Source: Proteromonas lacertae (lineage: Eukaryota). Taken from it: DNA of 56,080 bases. The DNA is taken from assembly GCA_002245135.1 (NCBI GenBank), contig NGBS01000335.1, forward strand, positions 1 to 56,080. Direction: 5' to 3'. The notes beneath the pieces were generated by a model. The model worked only from the letters and a program-made list of their open reading frames with translations. It searched no databases and had not been told where the DNA came from. Made by a program: the position numbers and the translations under genes. Positions 9,850 to 26,100 of this stretch are shown here, in pieces. Positions within the stretch are counted from its first letter, which is position 1. Every line of letters starts with the position of its first letter.

Positions 9850-10578
9850 AGAGTGTAAAATAATTTATTCTTTTTATACCATTTTTATACCATTTTTATA
9901 TGTAATCCTAGCCACATCCCTTTAAACCATCCATAATAAATAATGCAATCATTTGTTAAATAATACAATATGTTATTTATATTTTTATTACATTGTCTTT
10001 TAGAAGCATATTCTAAAATAATTTGTTTTACACTATCATAACCAAATAAATACCATCGATTAAGGTTTATATTTTCAATACAAATTCTTTTATATTAAAT
10101 TCTTCATGAAGATGTTTCCTATCAAAATCATTTTTAAAAAAGAAGTCATAATAATCAAATATATTAATTAAATGGGTATCTTTTTGAATTATTTGTGTGA
10201 TATCTTGCTTTAATAAAACTATAGTAGAAATATTTTTGTTGAATATTTGTGTATATTATGAAGCAATAAGAGGTATTTTCTTATATATATAGTATTTTTA
10301 TACTTCATTTTTATTATGCATTTCTTCGATATTATATTATTATATAACGACAAATTTACAGAAACTAATAACAATTTATAGAAAATGTAGTTCCATTTTC
10401 TATTTGCATGAAATGATAAGTTTAAATAATTATTATTATTACAAGAATAAGAAACTACATTAGTTTTTGATACAGATAAATTTTTGAAGCATAATTTATT
10501 TTCCAAACAATAATTTAATTCATTACTATTTAAATACATAAATAGAAAAGTAATTACAAACATATTACATATTAGCAA
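9850..10578 (-). pseudogene. Broken gene with a hydrophobic N-terminus, possibly a glycosyltransferase remnant
   Basis: ORF 10219-10578 plus downstream fragments such as FDYYDFFFKNDFD and WYLFGYDSVKQII in other frames; the family assignment is weak. Confidence 0.25.
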
Positions 10579-11106
10579 CCTGTCAAAAATACTAAATTAA
10601 TCTCCAAATTGAGTTTTCAATAGACAAACAATACTTAATTTTTTTCAGAATTTCAATCTTGTTTGATTTTGGCTAATTTAATGGCCATTTTATATGATAC
10701 TCTTTGAATATATACAATTGTGTTATTTCTTTTCATAAATATAAATAAAGATTCCTTTTAGAATACTGAGGCTTAGAATAATGCCACTTATTCTTAAATA
10801 ATCTATAATCAACTGCTAATTGGTAGAATTTATATTTTCCCTTCACTAATATTTTTCATAAACTTTACTTGGCTTAGTAAGAAAATATCTATTTCCATTA
10901 GATATACATTTGATTGGTATATTTGCATTAATATTTATGATTATTATTTATACATTCAATAGGTTGATAAGGCAATTCATAATGGCATTTGAATGAATTA
11001 CCAATGAAAATGTTAATATTATTACTAAAATAAATAGATTTGGTAGATAAAAATAGCAAATAAATAGCACATATAATATTTATACAATTTATTTTTCTCA
11101 TATTTC

Positions 11107-14100
11107 ATGAAAATCTTATTTATTCTTATGATCTATATATTATTATATGTTTTTTTTACATCTAATTACTGTAATGATGATAAAATAAATGAATGTGGAA
11201 ACATTTCTCAAAAGTTATAAACAATTACTGTAATGGTATCCATTATCTCACACTGCCAAAGAGAATTGGTATCCATTCAATTTTATCTTTTCATTTAAAG
11301 ACAAAGATCCTCATTATTTTAATGAAATAGCTTTTGCTGGATGTACTAAAGATGTAGAATTTCATCCCAAAAGTGTAAAAATATATGGATCTATAGATAA
11401 TGAAAATCGAAATTGGGAAGAAATATATTCAAATGAAGACATGGGTTTTAAAGTCACTTGTAAAGATTTAGCAACTGCTTCATGTTGTACTGATAGAAAA
11501 GACATATATATTCCAAATCACAAAGTATATGAGAGTTATAGATTAGAAATTCTTGAACCAAATACTTATATAACTAATGGTAATAATAATTATATTCAAT
11601 TTAGATTATTTGTATTAAATATAAAGCCATTACCAGTATGTAAGCCAGATAAATTTCTTTTTCCATCAATATTTGCTGGAGGAACATCAATAATGAAATG
11701 TGGTGAAAGAAAACTTAGCAGAAAGTGTAAAGATAATGGAGAGTGGGATGTAGGTGCGGTTAACTCATTAGAATATACTGATAAACCTCAATTAACAAAT
11801 AATTGGTTATTATTTTTTGAGAATGATAATACTTGGAATAGAGTAACCGATTCATTTCCACCTAAATCAATAATAACAAGATATTATAGATCTTCTATTT
11901 ATATTCCAAATATAGTAGAAAGTGGTCCTCCATTATTATTAATAAATTATAATGATGGAATAATAATAAATGTAAATGGAATTGAAATATTTCGAAGAAA
12001 TATGCCATTTGATGAAATAACTTCATCAACAACAGCAATTAAGAAGGAAGAAACAATGGAAAATATAGATATTCCATTAACTGTAATTGAAGAAGGTGTG
12101 AATTATATTGGAATAGAAATTCATTCTTATTCTTCAAATCCATCTGAAGAAAATGATAGTCTTTCATTAATAATATTATTGACTGATAGAATTAATTATA
12201 AAACTCAAATCTCAAGTGCTGATACAATAGAATCTGGATATAAAAGTGCCAGTGGAAGAGAACTGAAAGGTATAAGTAATATCAATAATACTTATTCAAT
12301 CGAAAATAATTATGTTGGATATTGGTTAGTTAGTAATACAGAAAATCATGTTGAATATGAATGGTTTCCATTTAATATAACATATAAATTCAAATACAAT
12401 AGAGTAAATTATTTTAATCAATTCAGTATAAGTGGTTGTACAAATAATCCTAATACTCATCCCAAACATATTCGTATATATGGTGCAACAGATAGTGATA
12501 ATCCACATTGGGAATTATTATATGAAAATGAAGATTTAGGATTAAAAGAAACAGGAAATGATGTTGTTAGTGAAAATACTTGTAATACAGTTTATTTATA
12601 CCCATTGGAAGTTAAAAAGTCCTATGAGATATATAAATTAGAAATAATATCAATAGAAAATTTTGATGATTTATGGGGTGGTTATATTCAAATGAGATTA
12701 TTTGTAGTTGATATAATACCTTTACAGATATGTGAAAAAGACGATTTAGAATTTCCGTCCGTATATGCAGGAGGAACATCAGTTTTAAAGTGCTACTCAA
12801 GAAAGGTTACTCGAAAATGTAATGAAAATGGAGAGTGGGAAATACCTGAAATATGTATAGAAGAAGTAAAATCACTTGAATATTATCATACTTATTATAA
12901 TTTAACAGAAGGAATAAAATATACTATTAAACCTAAAACCAAAGGTATATGTTCATCAATAGAGAATTTAGAAATGCCAAATGATAATGGCTTTAGAATG
13001 AATGATGGAGAATTAACAATACAATTGATAAAACCAATAGAAGGAGTTGCTGAAGTGAAGTTTCAATGTGGAATTGATGGATCTAATACAACGTTAAGAT
13101 TCTCCAGTAATAATGGTTATATGTTATATTCAAATACAAAAATAACAGAAATTAGAAGTTACTTATATAATGATGGTGTTAAAAGTTGTGAAATATTTCC
13201 TTCTTTACCATTTGGAGTTGATTTTAATCCAACTTATTGTACAATCAATGGATATTTAACAAATGTAGTGAGTGAAATGAAGGAATACACCATAAAATAT
13301 ATCATGAAAGAAGGAGAAAGACAAATAGAAGATGAGAAGATAAGAATTGGAATTAGTTCTAGTTTGAAGGAATGTTCTTATGGAGTAGATGATGTAATTG
13401 TAATTCCTCAATCTCAATCATTTATAATCAATAAACCTCATTGTAATGTTCCAATTCAAAGTTGTAGATTAAAGAGTGGAGTATTATTTGATAATTTGGT
13501 TTTGAATGTTGATAATGGTGAATTATCAACAACAGGAATAGCAAATGTTCAGAATGAGAGAGAAATAGTTATTGAATTTTCTAATTTGAGACAGACAATA
13601 GAAACAAAACTGAAATTAAAAGTAGAATCAGTTTCACCAGCTAAATCTCATCCAATCCAATTCTTCCAATATCCATCCAATCAAATAATGTTTTTAAGTG
13701 GAGTATATATTGATGATATAAAACCGTCATTTGAAGGAGAGTTGGATGGTTGTGAAATTACTAATGGTGTTAATCTACCAAGTGGAATTACATTAAACCC
13801 AACAACCTGTGTAATAAATGGAGTAATGAGTAGTAAACCTTCTGATTCTGAAACATTGGTTATTAGAGGAAAGAATAGTCACAGTAAATCATCCTTCACT
13901 TTATTAATTAAATATTATGGAAGTGATGCAACTGTAGCAAATCCAGGATTTAGAGGATATTATTATAAAGATTATTTTGATGATACAGCCTGTTGTCAAC
14001 ATCATGAAATAACCGATAAAGCAATATTGAAATATGTGATGATAAAGGATCAAATAGATTATGAAGATAACTCATATTTATGGCCTGATTTGAGTTACAA

Positions 14101-17100
14101 TTTAGAACAACAACATTCTTTGAATTTTTCTAATGTCACAAATGGTTGGAACAAAAGAATAAGATGGCTAGTCAGTGGTAGTTCATGGATGAAAACAGCA
14201 AATAATGGAGGTACAAAATCATCTTCTACTGAGTGGTGTAAAACTGATTGTTTAGGTGTTAATGGATTGGTTGGATATTATTTTTTTGGATATGGATATT
14301 ATTTTATGTATTTTGGAAGACCAAAAACCTCATCAGTATTTAGAGCTGTATTTAGACATGAAGATAATAATTATTTTAGCAATCTTATATATCACATTCC
14401 TGTTGGATTTATGGAATATAATTTCACTTATGCAATTTACCCCTTAAATTCTCCAATTCCTGTGAATATTCCAATATTCCATAAATCAATACAATTAGCT
14501 TCATGTATGTCATTTTTTATATATCCAACATTACCAGAAGGTTTGTTGTTTAATGAAGTAAATGGAGAAATAAGTGGAAATACAAAAGCAGAATCTCCAT
14601 TAACATCATATTTTATTACTGCATATTCAAATTCAGCTGATAAAATTTCAACAAAAATCGAAATTGGAATTGAAAGATATGAAGATACATCTACTTTTAA
14701 ATGTACAACAGAAGGTGAATATACTGTTGGTGTAGAAATATCAATAATATGTGACATAACAAGTCAATCGAAATTCACTTCAAGTTCATTACCACATGGT
14801 TTATCATTAGATAAAGATACAGGAATTATTTCAGGAAAACCATTAGAACCAGTTACTGGTTATAAAGTAAAGATATATAGATATGGATTAATAGGAATTT
14901 CATCAACTGAAATTACTTTAAATATAAAATCCTCCAGTTATTATTTCAGATTAATTTATGAATATGTTGAAGATAAAAATATTGAAATAAAACACAATGA
15001 TGATAATAAAGTTACACCAATTGTGAAAGATAGTTCAAGTTTAAAAGTAGTAGAATATGTAGTGAATGAGAATGGTGGAAATGGAAATTATAAAATCACA
15101 TTTTACCATCCTGGAAAATATATAATCTACAATTCAAAGAATGATGAATTATTTGCTAGAGAAGTTAATTTAGAAGTTCCAGAAATATCATTTTCTGTTG
15201 TAGGAAGTGGAAATCCAGTAATAGAATATGATGATATAAAAATAATTAGATATATGGATTTTTATATTGGTCCAAAAATAACGAATGGAGCTAATATATT
15301 CGAAATTGATAAAATCCCCAAAGGAATGTATTTTGATTCATTTACAGGAGTATTATATGGCTTAATAGGAGAAGAATATGAAGATTATGAAATATCAATC
15401 AGATGTAGAAATGAATATGGATATTCTAATCTAGTTAATCTAAAAATAACTCCTGTATATTGCAATGGAGTAGTTTTAACTTTAACTACCAGTTTTAGTT
15501 GTGAAGATACTGATAATTTAGTGAAATTAGAATTATTAGATGGAAATGTTTTATTTGATAAAGCCAATGTTGGTTCAACAACGAAAAGGTTCTGTACCAC
15601 AGAAGGAATTTATAATTTACACACAAAATTCTCAAATTCAGAATCGTCAGTTAAACTAGAAGTTATGGAGGCTGAATCAATAATTGAAATGATTCCTGGA
15701 AATAGTAAAGTATCAATAATAGCCAATAAATTATATAAAGAAGATAATAAATGGTATTATAATGACAATACACAGTCTGATAACTCACGGATTAAATTTA
15801 CTGAAAATAGTGGTTGGACTGAGAGTAGACCAATATCATTTCCAGATAAATCTCCTTCACTAGTAACAAGATATTATAAGAATGTATTTAGTTATTCTAA
15901 ATCATCTGATTTAGAGAAATATTTCAAAATCAAGTTTCAATATGAAGGTGGAATGATAATGTATTTGAATGGAAAAGAAATTTATAGATTTAATTTACCA
16001 GAAGGAATAATAGATGGTAATACAAATGCATTAGAGAATATTGGATTAAAAGAAGTGAATTTACCACTTCCTTTATCAATTTTATCAACATCTTCATCAA
16101 ACACATTAGCAGTTGAAATTCATAAAGTCCAAGGTGATGTTACTGTGAAGGACAATTTTAATATTGATTATCAATTTATTCAAATCAATGAATGTGTAAG
16201 TAAACCATTATTGAAAGTAGAGTCAATCAAAGCATTTGGTAATGTGAATGGTGATATTGGTGAATATGAATTAACATCTAAAGAAATATCCAAACTAATG
16301 GATGATTCAACATCAACCAAATTGAGTTTTGATATGAGAAGAAATAGTCATATAATGAATACTTGGATAGAAATAACATTTAAAGAAAAGATATTATTCA
16401 ATAATTATATATTATCTGCTCCAAGTACTGGGTTATTAAACTCATTTCCAATCGATTGGGATTTATATGGAAAGAATGATCAAAATGAATGGAAATTACT
16501 TCATGAGATAAGAAATAATGTAGAACCAGTTTATAATGAAAAATTACCATTTTATATTCCTAATAATGATGTAGAATATGAAACATACTTATTCAATTTC
16601 ACTCGTCGAGGTGTATCTGGTGATTATTTATCTCCTGAATTTACATTAGCTGATTTTATTCCTCAATTATGTAATTATCAAAGTTATTGTTCTGATCCAA
16701 ATATACCAATGGGTAAAACAATAATCTCAACCTGTGGTTATGGATTACAATCTGATGGTAAAACTGATTCATCAGAACCAGCTCGAATATATACAACATG
16801 TAGAAATAATGAAGGAAATGCTGTTCTTGAAGAATCAACAGGAACAAGTTGTTCATTAAAGAGATATTGGTTTGGTTGTTCATCTGATTTAATAGATATA
16901 AATGTAGGTGGTGAAATTAATAAACAATTATGTTTTATAATAATAAGTGGAGATTTTACTATTTCTTACCAACCACAAATACCTGAAGGTTTAAATATTG
17001 ATGGAAATGGATTATTAAATGGAAATGCAGTTCAAACTACTCCCAAAGTTAATACAAAAGTTACAATAACATCAAGTGGAAATTATCCAGAAAATGAAAA

Positions 17101-20100
17101 AGTAAAAACTGAAACAGTAAAGTTAAAAGTGAATGGTCCAAGTTGTTCAGTTGATAGTGGTTGGCCAGAAACAGAAGTTGGTCATAAAGCCAAAATATAT
17201 TGTGATTCAGGTAATATGAACGAATTAATGAAAAGAAAATGTGAATATGATAAAGATAATAAATCTGCAAAATGGTCAAATGATATTGATAAAACTGAAT
17301 GTAATAATGGAGATGTATATCTTTCAACATATCCAAATGTTGTTATTACTCATGAATTTAATTCAGATATATCTTCAATCACACCATCATCAGATTATAT
17401 TACTAAAAGTGGTAAAATACTTACAGTCAATAGTAGTGTAGAAATAATTCAAAAATTCGAAGTTGGACTAAGTGATTCATTAAAACACAATGTTTATGTG
17501 AGTGTAGTGAGAGATGTAGGTAAATGTAGTTATGGTGTGGAATATATTAGAATTTATCCAATTGAAATAGAATTAGAATTAAAATGTGATAAAAAACCAT
17601 CCTATTTATTAGTGGAAAATCTACCAAATGGATTGAGTGTAGATGGAAATGGAAAAATTAATGGAATGATAGAAGATCCAACTGAATATGAAGAATATAA
17701 AACGATAATCACTTATATAATAGATAAGAAATATCGAATAGTATTGAATTGGTATAAAAAGACAAAAGAAATGTCAAATGGATTAGAATTTATCAATGTT
17801 GCAGAATCTAATCAAGATGGAATTGATGATTATAATTATGGAACAACATTTTATAATACTCCATTAAAGAATTATTGGTCAAAATTTGAAAATGGAGTTT
17901 ATAAAATTAAAGATAAGAAATTAATTACTTCATCCAAAATTGATCTTTCATTTGCTGATGAAGGATGTTTAAATGATTGGTGGAATCCTTGTCAATATGG
18001 AATTGCTAGAATGAGAGGATATATAAAAATAGATGAAGATAAAAGTTATACATTTTCAGGAAAATCTGATGATAATCAAAAGTTTGCATTTAGAAATTAT
18101 GAAGAACAAAGATATAATACTATACAATGGGATGATACAAAAAGTTATACAGTCGAATTGAAAAAAGGTTATTACGTAATTGGATATTTATCATTCTATG
18201 GTAATGGACCAAATGGTTATGAAGCTTATATTGATGGAAATCAATTAGATGGTAGAATATTTAGTGGTGGATTTTTACTTTCTCACTTGTCATATAACAC
18301 ATTATTTGTTCAATCTAATAAAGATGATAAAGTAAGTCTTAATCCTAGTTTCAATGGAATTGTCTCAGAATGGGAAATAACTCCATCAATCAATGGATTA
18401 TCAATTAGAAAAGATGGAGTAATAGAAGGAGTAATGTCAACATGCGATAATGATTATAAGTTAGTTGTTGTTAAATCTATAAATGATATAGATTTATGTA
18501 AATCATCAACCGAATTACAATTTCACTGTTTTGATAAATCATATTCAACTATTCAAAATGGTTTAATAGTGAAATATTTTGTCTTACAATCAGTTGATAT
18601 TAATCACAATATTGATATATCTACAATGAAAGAAGAGAATTTGAGATTAGAAAGAATTGAAGATAATATTTATCATGATCAAAGTGAAGAATTATGGAAT
18701 GCTTTACCAGATGAATTAGGTTATTCCTTTGTAGCTGAATATAAAGGATATATTAGAATTTATTCTCAAATGAGTGGAAATATGAAAATATTTTTGGAAT
18801 GTTATGATTATTGTAGATTAACATTATCAAGTTTGAATATAGAATGTTTAGGTTTTGGTTATCATAAACAATCATCAGATATTAGTTTAAGTGAAGGTAA
18901 TTATCCAATTGAAATAATATATGGAAAAGGAGATTTTGATAAAACCAAATTATTAAAAATCTATTATTCCAAAGATAGTGTGAATGAAACGCCAATCCTT
19001 CAATCATCTTACTTCTATAATCCAGAATATCCAATTTTATATAATCCAATTAGAACAAAATATTATAATGATTCAAATATATCAATTAATCATCCGTTTA
19101 AATCAAATACATTTATAAAAGATGTAAAAAATGTTAAATATTCAATTACTCCTTTACTCCCTGAAGGATTATCATTGAAAGAAGATGATGGATCAATAAG
19201 TGGAACAACAGCATTAATTGATGATAATACAAATTATATAGTAAAAACAGAATGGAATGATGGAAGTTATTACTATTCATCATTTTCTTTTTCAATATTA
19301 CCAAAGAATGAACCAATAATTGAATATTCAAGTAATTCATTCGAATATGGTATTGGCGATAATATTTATATATCACCAACTAAGATGAAATGTGATTATA
19401 TTCATGCAGTTGGTTTGCCAAATGGAATATCGATTGATAGAAATGGTTTGATAAGTGGAATATCTTCATCTTTAGTTGATAAAAATGTTGAAATTGATTG
19501 TTTTACATATAAGAAACATAGTGTTACTATTCATTTAACTGTTGTGGCTTGTGCTGGAGGAAAAGGATTTTTTGAATTTCAATATTTAATACATTCCAAT
19601 CCTGAATTAGTTAGTTTTAAAATATATCCATCAAATAATATTAGTAATGTGATATTTGAAGAAACAAATAAATCAACATTACAAATTGAGAAAGAATATT
19701 CATATTCGAAATGTGTTGAATATGGAAATTATAAATTAGAAGTAAAAACCAAATCTTCAAAAGGTGGTTGGTATAAAATATTCTATGAAGATGATAATAT
19801 ATATCAATTTAAAGAATTTGAGATTGATATTTTAACAGAATTTCCAATCAAAAGTAGTTATGAAAAGCCAATAATTCATTATGAAGAAAATAATGTGTTA
19901 TATTTCAATGAATATGAAAAGTCTGTTTATCCAAATTATATTGAAAATGGTTTGAGTATGATGAATATAAAAAGTGGTATATTACCAAATACAATCGAAT
20001 TAGATTCTAAAACAGGCGTATTATCAGGAACATTACCTTCAAATTCTGCAGAAATAAAATTGATAATAGAGATGAGAAATACATTCAGTAAAGAAATTAG

Positions 20101-23100
20101 TGACATAGAAATAACAATAAAATATGAAAAATGTAGAATGGAAGTAAAAATACCTTTATTGGCATGAAATTTACAAAGTGATAAAATTGATAATATATTA
20201 TGTGAATTTAATAAAGAATATTATAAATATGAATTATTTTCAACTATTACAGATGGACTTCAATCTAAAATAATGTGTTTGGAAGAAGGAAATTATATAG
20301 TAAAATTAGGAAGAGATGATGGAAATAAAGAAGCTTGGAAATTTAGTGAATTTGTAATAAGTATAGTTGATGGTGGTGATGTATTTCGAGATAATTATCG
20401 AGGAGGAGAAATGAATGTGTTGAATGTGAATTTAAAGAATTATTTCAAAAGTAGTGATGAATTTAAATACAGTGATGTAAATCCAACAAGTATAGATTGG
20501 TTAGAAGGCAAATCAATAGAAAAATGGAAAGATGTAAATGGTGTAGAACCATTAAATGGAGTGAAAGAAAGATATTATATAAAGAGAATTGAATTTAAAG
20601 AATCAACAAATAATTTAACATCATTTTATATTCGAATGAAATATTTCGGCAAAGTGATTTTATATATGAATGGAATGAAATTCTATGAAACCAATGCAAA
20701 CTATGCTGTTGCAACTTCTGTGAATGATTTTGGAATATTATAAGATAAGTGGATCAATCAGTTTATTAGAAAGAAATAATTCTAACTATTTAGGAATAAT
20801 ATATGAGAATATTTATGATTATACTGGAGCTGATATAATTGAATTGAAAGAAATGATTTTAATATCTGGAATTGATTCTTGTAGTTATTCAATCTATGAA
20901 GATTATGATGATAGTTATGTGTATGAGAATATAGCAAGTGTTGATGATGCTCAGTGGCATGAAAGAATTTATAATGTTTTTAAACATTTACGAGATGGAT
21001 CAAAATCAACATGGTTAGGTTATATCAAATCAATTAATTCAATTTGGAATGAATTTTTCTAACTATGAATCAAAATGGTTTAATGGAGTAATAATCAAAA
21101 CTGGAACAGCTCCAAATCGATATCCAGTTGATTGGAAATTAAATGTAAGAATAAATTCAACCACTCAAAAGACAATACTTGAAAGAAATGGAGATAATCA
21201 AGATGTTTTTCCAACTGGATATGTAACCAAGTATTTTTCATCTGATAATAATGATGATTATATGAGTTATAATGGAATTGAATTATATATAAGTAAACAT
21301 GGAATTGATGGATTTGAAACAACAGAAATCTCTCCATTAAGTTGTAGATATTATTGTTTAAAAGAAAGAGAATGGGATTTGGCTAGAAAAGGAACAATAG
21401 CAAAATCTAATTGTGGAATAGGTACAGATGCATATAAAACAAGAAAATGTAATGATGATTTAGAATGGGAAAATGAAATAGATGATAGAATGTGTGATGC
21501 AAAATGTATGAAAGATGTTTATGGTTTAAATATTACAACTAATGCTGGAACAAAAGTAAATATTACTTGTCCAATTGGTATTGATGGAAATTGGATTGCT
21601 TATTGTGATGCGACTATAAATCCATCATTTATAAATATTCAAGATAATTGTTATGATATCAGATATGAAATGATTTATTATATTGAAAAAGAGAATAATA
21701 TAAATATTTCTCCAATATTAATTGGAAATATTCCATCATTAGAATTTACATTATTATCAAAACCAAATTTCATTAGTATTAATAGTACATGTGGAATAAT
21801 TAGTGGAAGTATTCCTTCAGAAATGACAGATGGAGTAATAAGAATAGAAGTTAATATAAAACCAAGAAATATTAATTATACAATAGATATAGTAGTGAAA
21901 AGTGAAAATCAGAATAATGACTTTTATCAGTTATTAGTATCAGATAATGTTAAAAGTTGCAATTGATAAACAGTATGTAATTGATATGGATATTTGGAAA
22001 AGTCCAACTGATGATGAAATGAAATTCAAAAAGTTGAATGGAAATGGAGAAAATACAAAAATAATATTGAAATATTATCTTCACCAAAATTTCAATAACA
22101 GTAATAGTCTAATAGAAAATATAAAGAATAAAATAATGAAACATATTCATATCAATGTGAATATATATGGATATGATGGTGATTCAAAGATAGAATCAAA
22201 ATCAATATTTAAATCAATAGAGAACAGTTATTTATATGATATAGAAATGAAAATAGAGGATGATATTGAAATAATAGTTGATAATGATAATAATGAAAAT
22301 GGATTGTTATTTAATTCTTTAACCAATTCCATATTATTACATGTTGGAATAATAAGTGAAAAGTCTGTAAAAATCAATATAAATAATGATAATGTAATAT
22401 ATGGTTTAATAAGTGGAAAATTAAATAATAGATAATAAAAAATGGTGAGAAAGAAATAAGTGGAATATTTGTAAAGGTGAATAAATATTCAATAGAATCA
22501 AGAAATAAGAATGTGAAGAATGGTTTATTATTTGGTGAAGTAAAAGATTTAAGACTCTCTTACAGTTTCATTGATGTAAATGAGATGAGTGTGAATGTTA
22601 AAAGTGGAAGTGTTAGTTTAACAATAGTAAGTGGAATATCAAATAGTAAAATTGAATATTATCGATGTTTTACATTAATTGGAAATACAGTGAATATAGA
22701 AAGTGAAGATGAGTTGTTATTCAGTCCATACTTAAATGAAGGAGAAAATGAATTATTGATTGATGAAAGTTGGAATGAATTGAAAATAGGCAAATTATCT
22801 GGTGAAATTGATATTTGTGGTTTTAATTGTTTATTAAATACAAATAATAATGAGAATATGAAAATGTTATTATCTAATAGTTATATAAATTATCATTTTA
22901 ATGAAAATCCATCAAAAGCCATAAATGTTTATGTAATATCAAAATATTCAAATTCAAAATCTTCAATTTCAAATATTTATATATCAATCACTTCTAAGAG
23001 TGATGTTTCACTTTCCAATATAAATGGATTTGATTTTAAAAATGATGAAAATAGTTCAAAACTAGATGTAATAGAAAATGTGTATATAGAACATTCTACT

Positions 23101-26100
23101 TCAATCAGTATAACAAATTCATATAATGATGAAAGAATAAAGATAGTTAATGAAAATGACAGTGATGTGAGAGAAAAACCATATAAATATCTAAATGGAT
23201 TTTATACAATAGATTCAAAATTATACTATTCAAAAATGATAAAGTATAATGGAAATAAACTGATAGATGAATATGGAATATTTGAGAATGTGGATATTAC
23301 ATTTAGAAATGATAATTCAATTGAAAAACCATCAACAATCAATTCAATATGGATAAGGAATGAAAATCCTTATAGTTTTATTTACACAATCAAACCATAT
23401 TCACTATATTTCTTATCAAAAGAATCCCAAGAAGTTACAATCTCAATATCATCAACATCTGATTGTATTTCATTTGATTCTAAATCAATTGTTTTAACAT
23501 CTCCACTTCAAATCAATTATCAATCTAATAACAAAATTGCAATGAATATAGACAAATGTAATAACAAAGCATATTCTAATCATGAAATAGAAATCAAAAG
23601 GTTCAGGAAATAGTTATACAAAGTTATTAACATTAGAAATAATAAATGATGAAATTAAACCAGAATATGAAACAGATTTGAAAGATAATATAGACTTAGA
23701 GAGTGGATTCTATATTCAATTTTCATTACCATATCCATCAAAAGTAGAATTAATAAAAGTGATGAATAAAGATAAGAATGAAGAATCAAAAGAATTAATA
23801 GTGGTGAATGGAAATGTTGAAATGAAATATGAAATGGGTAATTATTTATATAAAATGAACTTGAAAAGTGGAAATGTTTCAATTCCAACAAATGTAGAGT
23901 TTATATTGAATGTGATATTCGATTATAATGGTTATAAATTGAAGAATTATGAATATAAATATTCAACAATAATACAACCACTATTAGCCAAATCTTTTGA
24001 ATATCCAAAAAGTAATTTGTTAGAAATGGATGAACAATTTTCAATATCTCCTGAATATGAAGGATATGGAGGTGTATTTTCTATTATAGATCAATCTACC
24101 AAATCTTTATTAGAATCTATAGGAATAATGTTTGATGAAAATAGTGGAATATTTTCAGGAATACCAAAGAAGGTATATGAAGAAATTGAAATCGAAGTAA
24201 AAATGAAGAATTATAAATATGAATCTAATACTAAACTTACCATTACAGTATTTGATAATTCGTTCCATAAATTGATTAGCTCAAATTCTGATAGTATAAA
24301 ACTTACTAAATCTTATACAGTTGATATGAAATATTGGATAATTCCTGATGCTATTAAATGGAATATATTAGAAGGAAAAAATGAAGATAGCAACAATTAC
24401 TTTGGAGTGTAGAAATACAGATAACATTTATTTGATAAAAGAATTGAAAAATAAGATTGTGAAACATTTGAGATTTATAATAAAGATGAAAGGAGATGAT
24501 AATAAATCAAATCAATTATCAATAAAGTCAAAATCAATGTTTGAATTAATAGAAAGTAGTTATTTATATGATATTGAAGTGGAAATTGAAAATGATTTTG
24601 TATTTGAAACAATTGATAATAGTGATAATGTAAATGGATTATTATTTAATTCAATAACTGACACAACATTATTACATATTGGAATAATAAGTGAAAAATC
24701 AATATCAATTGCTCCAAAATATGACAATACAATATTTGGTTTAATAAGTGGAAAAATAGACAATAGTGGAAATAATAATAGAATAGTAAGTGGTTTGTTT
24801 ATAAAACTGAATGAATATGAAATTGAATCTTCAAATGAGAATATAAAGAGTGGTTTATTGTTTGGTGAAGTGAAGAACATGATATTATCATATAGTTTCA
24901 TTGATATAAATGAAATTAATATGAATATTAGAAAAGGAATTAGTAGTATGATGGTTGGTGATAGTATTGATGTTAAACTTGAAATAACCAATAGTTTTGT
25001 GATAATAAGAAATTCCTTGAATATAAATAATTATGAAAATGTGGATTTTGGTGTTTATAGTGGTAGTAATATAATTAAAATAAGTGAATGTTTTAGTGAT
25101 ATTAAAATTGGTGAAATTAAAAAATCATCTACTTCATCATCATTAGTAAGAATGAATATAAATGGAAAAGAAGTGATAAATAGCTATAATTATCTTCAAA
25201 TAACTAAAACAATTCCAAATAATATGAAATTATATTTAATATCGAAAGATTCTGTTTCATCTGTTGTTAATACATTCATATCAATAAGTGTATCAGATAA
25301 TATTACAATAGATAAAGATATTATTCAAACAGTTGATCAAAGTGTAGTTAATGAGGTACAAAATGTTTATATTGAAAAATCAAAAGAAATGCATATAAAA
25401 AATGAAGATGTAAAAATAGCTATATTTAATGAAAGTGAAAAAGAAATAAAAGAGAACATATTTAAATATATGAATGGTTTTTATACAAATAATGATAAAT
25501 CGAAACTATTCTATTCAAAATTACCTCGATATGAAAACAATAGAATCATCGATGAATTTAAAGTATTTGAGAATGCTGATATTCAATTTGATATAAATTC
25601 TTATCCAAAATACTTCAAAATGAATGATGTATTCTATTTAAGTGATATTCCCTTATCGCAGTTATACAAATTGCCTGATAGTGGTTTTAATCTACACTTA
25701 TTATCTAAAGAAAACAAGAATAAAATATTAATTGATTATTCATCATCATGTTTTTCTGTAGATAAAACTCCATTTGATTTAAATGTAGGTGAATTAAAGT
25801 CTATAAATGGTATAAAGATACTAAATGATTGTTTAAGTCATATGTTTAATCATATTGAGTTGAGAATAAAATCAAATGAAAAAACTATTACAATACCAAT
25901 CAATATTGTAGATAGTGATAATGACCCAAAAATAAAAACAGATCCAGAAGGAGTACAACAAGAAAATTCAAAGTTTCACTTATTATTTAATGATCTTACA
26001 TGTGAAATGACAGAGTTTAAAGAACATTCTAATATTATGAATTCTACACAAATAGAAATCCATAATGAAGTTGATAATACGTATAGTAAAGTAGAAATAT

